Assembly (NCBI GenBank): GCA_020722625.1 | Contig: DYKK01000002.1 | Span: 1-26,266, forward strand | DNA: 26,266 nt | Direction: 5' to 3' | Origin: Anaeromyxobacter dehalogenans | Lineage (GTDB): Bacteria > Myxococcota_A > UBA9042 > DTJE01 | Shown here: in pieces, positions 8,858 to 16,989 of the stretch | Position numbering within the stretch: position 1 is the stretch's first letter | Layout of the letters: each line of letters opens with the position of its first letter | Program-made: the position numbers and the translations under genes | Notes under the pieces: model-generated | Seen by the model: only the letters and a program-made list of their open reading frames with translations | Databases searched by the model: none | Told to the model about the DNA's origin: nothing

Positions 8858-8921
8858 GACGGGGCGTTTCGGTCGGGGGGTGCTCGTTCTTGGTCTTCCC
8901 GAAATATCGTCGTTCTGAAGG

Positions 8922-10052
8922 TCAAAACGACATCGTTCCGGCCGCGACCGCACCCCCGGATGTCGGCGAGATCGAGAAGAGGAAGCGGGAGGACTCGGCC
9001 GGCGGCGCGGCCCGCGCGGCCCCGTCGTCCGACGTGAACAGGAAGTACGAGGCCGCGGCCGTGGCCACTCCGACCCCGAGGAGGGCGAAACCCACGATGT
9101 TCTCGTGGTGGTCGTGGAAGACGTACCGGTTCCCGGCCGCGTCCGTCCCGGGGTCCTGGCCGCGCTTCACGTAGTACCACGTGACCAGACCCACGCCCGC
9201 CGCGGTCATGGCGGCCCCGGTCCCGAGCGTGACCCAGGCCCAGGTCCGCCGCGACGGTCCCGACACGGGGGGCTTCAGCAGGCAGACGACCTCCACGGTC
9301 CGGTCGGCCGGCACCTCGAACCGGCGCATGAACGGGGCCATCCCCTCCCGCGCGCACAGCAGGTCGTGGACCCCGGCCCGGACCTCCATCACGTCGGTCC
9401 GATTGGCCTCGCCGGCCCGTCCCTTCGGGACCATCTCGCGGTCGTCCAGCCGGATCACGACGCCATCGAAGGACGAAAGGTCCGTGGCGAACACGACGCG
9501 ACCCGTCTGCTCGCGGAGCGTGACCCGGATCGTTCGCGTCTCAGGACCGGCGATGTGCCGTTCGATCGTGACCGTCTCGTAGCCGCTCTTTCTCAGTTCG
9601 AACTGATGCCGGCCCCTCGTCAGGCGGAGGGCGCAGGGGGCCAGGACCTTCTCGACCTGGTCCACGACGACCTCCACGTCCGGGACGTTCGTCTGGACCT
9701 CGATGCTCACGGGTTCCTGGAGTTCGCGCGTGATCATCCCGACCAGGTGGCCGATCCGGACCTTCAGTTTCGCGTCCGGGTTCTCGATGGACCGGAGCAC
9801 GTCCAGGGCCTGCTCCAGGTCCCCGAGGCCGTGCAGGGCCTCGGCCTTGCGCACGAGGATGTGCGGCATCTGGAACATCTTGTAGGCCCGGTCGAGCTTG
9901 TCGAGCGCGTCGGCGTACCGGGAGGCCTCGATGTCGCCCTGGGCCTCCTTGTACAGGCGGAAGGCCTCGCGCTCCTCCGGGGTCTGTGCCCCGGAACGGC
10001 CGGACCACAGGGCCCCGACCACGAGTACGAACGCCACGACGAATCGGGACAT
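8922..10052 (-). CDS. Secreted/membrane TPR + PEGA domain protein
   Basis: Likely start MSRFVVAFVLVVGALW (signal peptide) at 10052, RBS GGGAG. TPR-like helices (YADALDKLDRAYKM...), PEGA-like repeats (IEVQTNVPDVEVVVD...LRKSGYE), then C-terminal hydrophobic helices. Start lies 4 nt from the kinase stop. Confidence 0.8.
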   Translation of the reverse strand: MSRFVVAFVLVVGALWSGRSGAQTPEEREAFRLYKEAQGDIEASRYADALDKLDRAYKMFQMPHILVRKAEALHGLGDLEQALDVLRSIENPDAKLKVRIGHLVGMITRELQEPVSIEVQTNVPDVEVVVDQVEKVLAPCALRLTRGRHQFELRKSGYETVTIERHIAGPETRTIRVTLREQTGRVVFATDLSSFDGVVIRLDDREMVPKGRAGEANRTDVMEVRAGVHDLLCAREGMAPFMRRFEVPADRTVEVVCLLKPPVSGPSRRTWAWVTLGTGAAMTAAGVGLVTWYYVKRGQDPGTDAAGNRYVFHDHHENIVGFALLGVGVATAAASYFLFTSDDGAARAAPPAESSRFLFSISPTSGGAVAAGTMSF

Positions 10053-10056
10053 GGTC

Positions 10057-12048
10057 TCACTCCCATTGCAGGGCGGGCGCCGGCTTCTTCTTCGGCGCCG
10101 TGTGGCGCGCCGGGGGCTCCGGCCGCCTGGGGGGGGGCTTGCCCGCGGCCGGGCGGGTGGCCTCGGCCGTCCGGCCCCGCCCGACACCCGACCCCGTCAC
10201 GGTGGGCGCGGTCTTCCGGTCCAGCACGAGGCGGTGCAGGGTCCGGCCCGACCGGACCGCCTCGGCCGGGTCCACGGTCAGGCGGGACTCCTCGTACCCG
10301 TCCGCCACGAATCGGAGCGTGACCGGCGCGTCCCCCTCCCGGAGGGTCAGGATGAGGGGCGTGGCCCCGACCCTCCGGTCCTCCAGGAAGACCGCGGCGC
10401 CCGCCGGAGCGGTCTCGAAGGTCAGACTGACCTGGCGCGGGGGAGGAGGCTCGGGCGGCGGGGGCGGACCGGGACCTTGCGAAGGACCGCTCGGAGCGGG
10501 TTCGGGCGGGTTCGCCTGCGGACCCGCGGCGGGTCCGGAATCCGCCGTGACGCCGCTCGCGACCACCCCGCCGCCGTCGCGGCCCTGGATCAGGGTCGCG
10601 ATCCCCATGCCCGCAGCGCCCGCGGTCACGACCACCAGCGCGACCACCAGGACCTGCGTGACGCGGCGTGGGCCGGACCGGGGCCGGCTCGGGTGCGCCC
10701 GCGCGCCCGACACGACCGAGGGGGGCTCGATGCGGGTGGAATCATCCGGGCGGGAAACCGGGATCCCCCTGGTCGAGCGAGCGGCCGGGGCCTGGGCCGG
10801 ACCCGCGACCGCCACGGGCCGGCCGGGCTCCGAGTCGGACAGCGAGACCACGACCGTCTCTGCGTCCTCCTCCACCGCGGCCGGCGGCCGGGACCCGTCG
10901 CCCATGGGACCCATGGAGGCCCGCGACAGGTAGATGGTCGGCGCATCCCGGTCCACGGCCGGCCCGCTCGGCCCGGGCCGGCTGTCCCCCGACCCGACCG
11001 GCGGGACCGGGGGCGGCGAGACCGGCAGGGCCAGCGTGGCGCCCTCCGGGACCTCCTCCCGCCCCTGGAAGCCACCGTCCGGCGCCTGGTTGCGTGGTCG
11101 GAGGGCCTCGGCGCGGGTTCGCGCGGGTTCCGCCCCCAGTGGTGTCGGCGCGGGAGCGGCCACCACCGGGCGGGCCGGGACCGGCACGCCGGCCATGACC
11201 TCGTCGATCAGGCCGATCAGGGCCTCGGCCGACGCGGGACGGTGGTCGCGGTCCTTGTCGAGCAACGAGAACACGAGGGCCCGGACCGGGTCGGGAATGC
11301 CACCGGCCGGCCCGCCCAGCGGCGGAGGGGCGTCGTGGATGTGCCTCATGACCAGGGCCACGGGCGTCTCGGCCCGAAACGGTGGGTTTCCGGCGAGCAT
11401 CTCGTACAGGATCACCCCCAGCGAATACAGGTCCGACCGGCCGTCGAGGGTCCGGCCCAGGGCCTGCTCCGGCGACAGGTACAGGGGCGTCCCGCACACC
11501 AGTCCGGCCTGGGTCAGGGCCTCGGACTCGGGATGGCCTTGCAGGAACTTGGCGATCCCGAAGTCCAGGACCTTGACGAAGTCTTCCTCGCCGTAAATCT
11601 GCGTGATGAAGATGTTGTCGGGCTTGAGGTCGCGATGCACGAGGCCGTTCATGTGGGCCTCGGCCAGGGCCTTCGCGACCTGTCGCACGATGTTCAGGGC
11701 GCGGCGGACCGGCAAGACCCCCTCGCGGCGCAGGAGTTGCGTCAGGGTCTGGCCCTCCAGGAACTCCATCGCGAGATAGAGGTGTCCCTCGTCGGACCGC
11801 CCGAAGTCGAAGACCTTGATGGTGTTCGGGTGCTTGAGGCGGCTCGAGGCCCGGGCCTCCTGGTAGAAACGCTGGACCTGGCGCTCGTCCTGGGACATCT
11901 CGCGGTGCAGGACCTTGAGGGCCACGGTCTGGTTCATCGCGACGTGGACCGCCTTGTACACGGTCCCCATGCCCCCTCGGCCCACCAGGGCGGTGATCTG
12001 GTAGCGACTATCGAAAATCCGACCGATCAGGTCCGAGGTGTCCGACAT
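10057..12048 (-). CDS. Hanks-type Ser/Thr protein kinase with Pro-rich linker, one TM helix and C-terminal PEGA domain
   Basis: Motifs GRGGMGTVY, VALK, HRDLKPDN, DFGIAK, GTPLYLSPEQ, DGRSDLYSLG. TM helix VLVVALVVVTAGAAGMGIATLI. PEGA-like FETAPAGAAVFLEDRRVGATPL. Start taken at MSDTSDLIG. Confidence 0.93.
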   Translation of the reverse strand: MSDTSDLIGRIFDSRYQITALVGRGGMGTVYKAVHVAMNQTVALKVLHREMSQDERQVQRFYQEARASSRLKHPNTIKVFDFGRSDEGHLYLAMEFLEGQTLTQLLRREGVLPVRRALNIVRQVAKALAEAHMNGLVHRDLKPDNIFITQIYGEEDFVKVLDFGIAKFLQGHPESEALTQAGLVCGTPLYLSPEQALGRTLDGRSDLYSLGVILYEMLAGNPPFRAETPVALVMRHIHDAPPPLGGPAGGIPDPVRALVFSLLDKDRDHRPASAEALIGLIDEVMAGVPVPARPVVAAPAPTPLGAEPARTRAEALRPRNQAPDGGFQGREEVPEGATLALPVSPPPVPPVGSGDSRPGPSGPAVDRDAPTIYLSRASMGPMGDGSRPPAAVEEDAETVVVSLSDSEPGRPVAVAGPAQAPAARSTRGIPVSRPDDSTRIEPPSVVSGARAHPSRPRSGPRRVTQVLVVALVVVTAGAAGMGIATLIQGRDGGGVVASGVTADSGPAAGPQANPPEPAPSGPSQGPGPPPPPEPPPPRQVSLTFETAPAGAAVFLEDRRVGATPLILTLREGDAPVTLRFVADGYEESRLTVDPAEAVRSGRTLHRLVLDRKTAPTVTGSGVGRGRTAEATRPAAGKPPPRRPEPPARHTAPKKKPAPALQWE

Positions 12049-12084
12049 CCGCCGCCCCGCGGTTCGGGACCAGGGCACGAGCGC

Positions 12085-12093
12085 AGTATATCA
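12085..12093 (-). promoter_or_regulatory. Possible extended -10 promoter (TGaTATACT) for the kinase-PEGA gene pair
   Basis: Minus strand reads TG-A-TATACT about 37 nt upstream of the kinase ATG, an AT-rich island in GC-rich DNA. No recognisable -35. Confidence 0.4.
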
Positions 12094-12128
12094 TTTCGGT
12101 CCAAGGTCCCGGATCGCTTACCCACGAT

Positions 12129-12214
12129 CCGCCGTCCCGATCTCGGAAGAAGCACGGAACACCTTGATTTCTCGCGGTCTCGTGCCAGCCGCGACTTGGA
12201 AGTCGCGGCCCCAG
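12129..12214. repeat. 86-bp dispersed intergenic element, copy A; perfect hairpin at 12188-12209
   Basis: 76/86 identical by manual alignment to 26167-26252, same orientation. Hairpin GCCGCGACTT-GG-AAGTCGCGGC. Confidence 0.92.
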
Positions 12215-12284
12215 GGTGGTGAAATGAAACGTACCAGACTTCATGTATATTCGATGACTTGCGAAAATTGATCGCGGATTTCGG

Positions 12285-12770
12285 TCAAGGCTCCGTCACC
12301 CAGCGCGTCAGGAATTCGGCCTGACGGGCGCACTCCTTCTCGGTGTCCGCCAGGCCCATCTTCTCGGCCGCGCCGCCGATCAGGGGGATCTTGACCTGGA
12401 GCTCCGTGTGATACACGACCCGGGTCTTCCCGCCCTCGGGGAGGAACTCGACCCGGCCGGACAGGAAGACCTTGTCCGCCCCCATCGTGGGCGTGATCCG
12501 CCACGTCAGGACCCGCGCGGTCGGGTCGAGCACGTTCTCGTCCACGTATTCGTCCACGTCGGACTTGCGCAGGACGGCCGGGACGCGCGAGGGCTCGGTG
12601 GCCCGCGCCTTCAGCCGCACGCGGCCGTCCGGGTACTCCTCGCGCTCGAGGATCTCGACGGTCAACATCCCGGAATTCTTCCCCTTCTTCACATAGAAAT
12701 CCGGGTCCCGGTACGCCGCGATGACGCGCTCCACCGGGGCCGGGACCACGTGTTCGAAACGGACCTTCAT
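12285..12770 (-). CDS. DUF2505 family protein (SRPBCC/START-like fold)
   Basis: 161 aa; F-EH...PVERVIAAYRDPDF N-terminus and GRVEF...TRVVY...VKIPLIGG-AEK C-terminus typical of DUF2505; RBS GGGGAGG. Confidence 0.75.
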   Translation of the reverse strand: MKVRFEHVVPAPVERVIAAYRDPDFYVKKGKNSGMLTVEILEREEYPDGRVRLKARATEPSRVPAVLRKSDVDEYVDENVLDPTARVLTWRITPTMGADKVFLSGRVEFLPEGGKTRVVYHTELQVKIPLIGGAAEKMGLADTEKECARQAEFLTRWVTEP

Positions 12771-12800
12771 CCTGGAAGACCTCCCCGAAGAGACAGGGAG

Positions 12801-12829
12801 ATAGTGCTCCGAAACGCCCCGGTTTGCAA
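12801..12829 (-). promoter_or_regulatory. Candidate sigma70-type promoter for the DUF2505 gene
   Basis: Minus strand TTGCAA - 17 nt - CACTAT, ending 30 nt upstream of the ATG. Confidence 0.45.
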
Positions 12830-12843
12830 AGCCTCCGGCGTCG

Positions 12844-12885
12844 ACCGGGATCCGGGGTCGGGGGTCAGGCGTCCGGGGTCCGGGG
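12844..12885. repeat. Degenerate 7-mer tandem array (consensus TCCGGGG, 6 units)
   Basis: ACCGGGA TCCGGGG TCGGGGG TCAGGCG TCCGGGG TCCGGGG read directly. Confidence 0.8.
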
Positions 12886-12935
12886 TCGCGGTGGACGCGA
12901 ATCTGCCGTCAACAGACCGTCCCCCGCGTCCAACG

Positions 12936-12998
12936 TGGCCCTGGCACTGACACTGACACTGATACTGTCACCTGAACCTGTCCACGGAACCTGTCCAC
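12936..12998. repeat. Degenerate 6-mer tandem array (consensus TGACAC, 6 units) followed by a duplicated 12-mer GAACCTGTCCAC
   Basis: TGGCCC TGGCAC TGACAC TGACAC TGATAC TGTCAC (12936-12971); GAACCTGTCCAC at 12974-12985 and 12987-12998. Confidence 0.8.
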
Positions 12999-13144
12999 CG
13001 CCACTGCCTCTCTGGCAAATCCCTGAATGAGGCAAGGACCCCGATGATGGGAAGCGGTGCTCGCGTCTCCAGGGGCGCGACCCCTCGCCCCTCGCGGCCC
13101 GGTTCGGGTATGATCGGGGCCGTTCGACCGGGGGCAGAGGCGAC

Positions 13145-16100
13145 GTGGCGGGAACCGAGGCCAGGAAATCGTGGCCGCGACGGGTCATCCGGTCGCTGGT
13201 CTGGGCCGCCGTCGGGGTCCTCGTGGTGGCCGTCCTCGCGGCGGGGGGCGCGCTGTGGGTCCTCCATCACCTCGACAGCCCGGCCGTGCGCGAACGGATC
13301 GTGCGCGCGGTTCGGGAGGGCTGGGGTATCGAGGTGGACTACGACGGGGTGGACCTCGCGCTGTCGCGCGGGGTGACCCTGCGGGGGCTGCGAGTCCTGA
13401 CCCCCGATCCCTTCCGGTCGCACGCCCCGGTCCTGGCCGGCGTGGACCGGGCGGAGGTGTCGTGGGACGCCGGGTCGGCCCTGTCGGGTCCCTTCCACGT
13501 GACCCGGGTGGGCGTCTCCGGGGTCCGCCTGACGCTCGTCCAGGACGAGGCGGGACGGTCGTCGCTCCAGGCCCTGCTCGACGCCATGCCGCGACCCGAA
13601 CGCGAGAAGCCGCCCGCGCGCCTGTCGAGGGGTCTGCCGCTTGGGGACCTCGGGGTCTCGGTCGAAAGCCTGGAGGTGCGCGACGTGGTCCTCACCCGCC
13701 TCGTCCTTCGCAACGGCGCGGTCATCCGGTCCGAGACGCTCGATGGGCTCGCGGTGGACGGCGCGCTGCACGCCGCGTCGGACGGGGCGACCGCGTCCCT
13801 GACCGTGGGGTCTCTGGACGGCGCCCCCTCGCGACTGGCGGTCCGGGACGTCGGATCGGAAGGCGAATCCCGGCGCGAGCTGGCACTGCGCCATCAGACC
13901 CGGGTCCGGGTGACGGACCCCCTCCACGCCCGAATGGACCTGGAACTATCGGTCGAGAAACAGGAATTCGTACACGACCTCGCCTGGCCAGGCCCGCTGC
14001 TGGAGGCCGGCCTGGCCGCGACCTTCCACCCGGAGGAGTCACGAATCGAAGTCGAGATGGATCGTCTGATCGTGGGCGACGGGGTGGCCCGCGGGACCCT
14101 GATGGCGTCGTATCTCGAGGACGCGGATCAAGACGTGGCGGCCCGCATCGAGGAAGCGGAAGTCCTCCTGGACCTGGACCGCCTTCCCGACTTCCTGCGC
14201 GCCCTCGCCCCCGCGGTGCGGTGGAAGGGTGGGGCCGCGCGCCTCTCCGCGGCGGGGATCGAGGTGCTGCGGCAGGCCCCGTGGGCCCGGGTCGGAGGGC
14301 ACGTGGACGGAAGCGTTCGCTTCGAGGAGGTTGCCGCCGAAACGGGCGCGCGCCGTGGGACCGGCCGGGCCGTCACGGCGATCCTCAAGGCCGTCGAGGC
14401 CCGTCCAGGGTCGGTTCAGGCGGAGGTCTCGCTCGCGTTCAAGCGCCTCCAGGTCCGGGAACCGGCTCGGGTCGTGACCCTGGGCGACGGCACGATGGGG
14501 ATCGAGGTCGGGCTCCAGGACCTCCCGAAGGCGATCGCGGGCGCCTTCTCCGGGACGGTCGGGCTGAAGGCCGGGGCGCGGATGGCCTCGGTGCGAACCC
14601 CCGCCGGCCGGGTCCGGTTGGGAGGGGTCGAGGTCTCGGCATCCGCCCCCATCGCCGCGGGCCCTCCGTTCGAGGCGGACGGGGAGGTCCGGGTCTTGGG
14701 GGTCACCTGGACCCCGGCGGGCGGGGAGGCGAGGGACCTGCCCGGCGGACGCCTCGCGTGGCGGATGCAGGAGGTGACGCCCGACCGGGAGGCGCCCGCC
14801 CGCTCCACGGGGAGGTTCACCCTGCAGGCCGGGGTCGCGGACGTGGCGCTCGACGCGCGCCTCACCAAGGAGGCGGACGCCCTTTCCATGGCGGGGACGG
14901 TCTCGGCGCGGTCCCTTGCGCTCCTGCAGCCGTTCGCGGACCACCCGGCCCTGCGCGACCTGCGCGTCCCGTTCGGGCGGGTCGGGCTGACCCTGACGAC
15001 CGAGGGTCGCGCCACGGGCCTGGCCGCGGAGGGCGGTCCCCACCTGGACCAGCGCCTCGCCGCGACGGTGACGGGCCTCCAGGCGGTCGCCGCGGGCCAC
15101 CGCGTCGAGGTCCAGACGCTCAACGCCGACCTCTCCGTGACGGGTCGCGTCCGCGACTTGCGGGCGCGCGGGACCCTCGAGGCCGCGGGCGCCCGCGTGG
15201 ACGGCCGGGTCCCGTTGCGGCGCGTCGCGTGGACGGCCGAGGCCCGCCTGAAGGCATCGGCCCCGCAGGCACGCATGTCGTTGGCGGTCGCGGGCCGTCG
15301 CGGCCCGATGCTCCACGCGGACCTCGACGCCCAGGTGACGGGGACGGGGCGCGCGGTGTCCTGGTCCGGGTCCCTGTCGGCCCAGGACCTGTCCGACCTG
15401 GCCCCGCTGCTCCCGCCGGACCTGCGCTCGACCGTGGACCTCGCGTCCCTGCACGCGGAGGTCGAAACCTCGGGCCGCCTGACCGGCGTGCTCGGGCGAG
15501 GCGTGGGTCTCGTGTCGAATCCGCTGGACGCGGCCCGCGGCCGGGCGTCGTTCCGGGCGCGCCTGCGCGGACTCGCGTATCGCAGCGAGCGGACCGAGAT
15601 CGAGTCCCCGGACCTCGACGCCTCGATCGAGGTCGCCCGCACCGGGTCGCCCGCCACGCTCCGGGCGAGCCTCGCGTATTCGTCGCTTCGCGTGGACCAG
15701 CGGGTGCGCCGGTTCGAGGTCACAGGCGGTTCCCACGGCCTCGTGGTCGAGGCGGACCCGGACCCCCGGACGGGCGAGGTGAAGGTCGCGCTCGATGGGA
15801 CGGTCGCGCGGCTGGACCACGAGGCGTCCTCGACATACCCCGTGGAGCGGGCCTCCCTGAAGGTCCGGGCGCGCGTCTCACGCCTGGACGCCGTCCGCGT
15901 GGACGAGTTCGTCCTCGACAATCCGGCCGGGGGCACCCGCATCGAGGCGACCGCGGCCCTGGACGACCTCGGAGGTCGGCTCCCGGCGAGCGCGGCCGCC
16001 GCGTGGGACCTGGTGGTCGGCCGCCGTTCCCTCGCGGTCACCGGCACGCTCGACCAGCGCCTCGACCCCTTGTCGCGCGAGTCGTTCCCGGCGTCGGGGA

Positions 16101-16918
16101 CCGTGAGGGTCCCGTTCCGCATCCAGTCCGGGGACCGATCGCTGTTCCGCGTCGCGGCCTCCATCGAGGCCCGCGGCGTGCGCGCGGAGGTCCCGGGGTC
16201 CCGGGTCGCGGTGCGAGGCCTGAACGGGACGATCCCGATCGAGGAGGAGGTCTCGCTCGGTCCGGACGGCCGGCCCTCGCTGATCCTCGAGACGGACCAC
16301 AACCTCTTTTCGCGCGTCCGTTTCCTGGACCAGCATCCCTTCCTGCGGGGCGGAGGGTTCGTGGCCGCGGACCGCGTCGTCCTGGGACCTCTGGAGGTCG
16401 GGCCTGTCGCGGGCAACCTCCGCGTCCTGCGGAACCTGGTGAGCCTGGACCAGGTCGAGGCGACCTGGCGGGACGGGAAGGTGTCGGGTCAGGTGATCGT
16501 GGAGTGGCGTTCCGAGGACCCCCGGGTGTCGTTCCGGGGCAAGGTGACCGGGGTCCGGCCGTCCGGGAGCGACGAGCGGCTGGACGCGAACGCGGCGATC
16601 GACGTCAGTCTGGGGCGCCGGGAGGTCTCCGGCCGGATCCACCTCGTCCGGATCGGGCGCGGGCACCTGCTGGACCTGATGGATGCGTGGGACCCGTATC
16701 ACGAGAACGTGTCCGCGAACCGCATCCGGAAGGCCCTGAAGGTCGGGTATCCGAAGTACGCCCGGCTCCGCCTGGACGGGGGATTCCTGAGCGCGAAGGT
16801 GGAACTGGGCGGGCTGGGGTCCCTCGTGCGGATTGACGAGGTCCGTGGCATCCCGACGGGGCCGCTGCTGAACCGGGCCCTGGGGCCGACCGGGAATTCG
16901 TTGGGAACAAGACCATGA
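13145..16918 (+). CDS. Large AsmA/TamB/YdbH-like intermembrane bridge protein
   Basis: 1257 aa; GTG start; N-terminal TM anchor (LVWAAVGVLVVAVLAAGGALWVL) followed by AVRERIVRAVREGWGIEVDYDGVDL, an AsmA-like start. Long beta-strand-rich repetitive body. Directly followed by a DUF1318-like lipoprotein gene, as ydbH is followed by ynbE-ydbL. Confidence 0.7.
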   Translation: MAGTEARKSWPRRVIRSLVWAAVGVLVVAVLAAGGALWVLHHLDSPAVRERIVRAVREGWGIEVDYDGVDLALSRGVTLRGLRVLTPDPFRSHAPVLAGVDRAEVSWDAGSALSGPFHVTRVGVSGVRLTLVQDEAGRSSLQALLDAMPRPEREKPPARLSRGLPLGDLGVSVESLEVRDVVLTRLVLRNGAVIRSETLDGLAVDGALHAASDGATASLTVGSLDGAPSRLAVRDVGSEGESRRELALRHQTRVRVTDPLHARMDLELSVEKQEFVHDLAWPGPLLEAGLAATFHPEESRIEVEMDRLIVGDGVARGTLMASYLEDADQDVAARIEEAEVLLDLDRLPDFLRALAPAVRWKGGAARLSAAGIEVLRQAPWARVGGHVDGSVRFEEVAAETGARRGTGRAVTAILKAVEARPGSVQAEVSLAFKRLQVREPARVVTLGDGTMGIEVGLQDLPKAIAGAFSGTVGLKAGARMASVRTPAGRVRLGGVEVSASAPIAAGPPFEADGEVRVLGVTWTPAGGEARDLPGGRLAWRMQEVTPDREAPARSTGRFTLQAGVADVALDARLTKEADALSMAGTVSARSLALLQPFADHPALRDLRVPFGRVGLTLTTEGRATGLAAEGGPHLDQRLAATVTGLQAVAAGHRVEVQTLNADLSVTGRVRDLRARGTLEAAGARVDGRVPLRRVAWTAEARLKASAPQARMSLAVAGRRGPMLHADLDAQVTGTGRAVSWSGSLSAQDLSDLAPLLPPDLRSTVDLASLHAEVETSGRLTGVLGRGVGLVSNPLDAARGRASFRARLRGLAYRSERTEIESPDLDASIEVARTGSPATLRASLAYSSLRVDQRVRRFEVTGGSHGLVVEADPDPRTGEVKVALDGTVARLDHEASSTYPVERASLKVRARVSRLDAVRVDEFVLDNPAGGTRIEATAALDDLGGRLPASAAAAWDLVVGRRSLAVTGTLDQRLDPLSRESFPASGTVRVPFRIQSGDRSLFRVAASIEARGVRAEVPGSRVAVRGLNGTIPIEEEVSLGPDGRPSLILETDHNLFSRVRFLDQHPFLRGGGFVAADRVVLGPLEVGPVAGNLRVLRNLVSLDQVEATWRDGKVSGQVIVEWRSEDPRVSFRGKVTGVRPSGSDERLDANAAIDVSLGRREVSGRIHLVRIGRGHLLDLMDAWDPYHENVSANRIRKALKVGYPKYARLRLDGGFLSAKVELGGLGSLVRIDEVRGIPTGPLLNRALGPTGNSLGTRP

Positions 16919-16938
16919 CGCGAGCAGGCGCTCGCGTC
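16917..16938. other. Perfect intergenic hairpin at the stop codon of the AsmA-like gene
   Basis: GACGCGAGC-AGGC-GCTCGCGTC: 9-bp stem, 4-nt loop, no U-tract on either strand. Confidence 0.6.
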
Positions 16939-16989
16939 CCCAGGGGGGCGCTGACGCCGGTGCGACGCGTTCCTGAAATGGAGTAGGAC

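Noticed and set aside
12188-12209. Hairpins at 12188, 16917 and 26225 as intrinsic terminators or CRISPR repeats
   Set aside because: No poly-U tail on either strand, no regularly spaced repeat-spacer array and no cas genes.
9898-12222. 774-aa plus-strand ORF opposite the kinase (and 9105..10322 opposite the PEGA gene)
   Set aside because: Antisense shadow ORFs; the kinase frame carries all the conserved motifs.
8860-12821. 13-bp inverted match CGGGGCGTTTCGG (8860-8872) / CCGAAACGCCCCG (12809-12821) bracketing the PEGA-kinase-DUF2505 block like transposon ends
   Set aside because: It does not extend beyond 13 bp, is GC-rich, has no target duplication, and no transposase or recombinase is present; chance is plausible.
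13109-13114. TATGAT as -10 for the AsmA-like operon
   Set aside because: Position is plausible, but there is no -35 or extended -10 TG, so it is too weak to call.
12824-13188. Small ORFs 12824..13030 (+) and 12865..13188 (-) across the tandem arrays
   Set aside because: Translations (ALALTLTLIL, SISVSVSA) merely reflect the hexamer repeat; no RBS or homology signal. A small peptide cannot be fully excluded.
13171-16836. 1221-aa same-strand alternative-frame ORF (likewise 16..1098, 917..2719, 18560..20887, 21601..24519)
   Set aside because: Arg/Gly/Pro-rich low-complexity translations typical of off-frame reading in GC-rich DNA; each overlaps better-supported CDSs.
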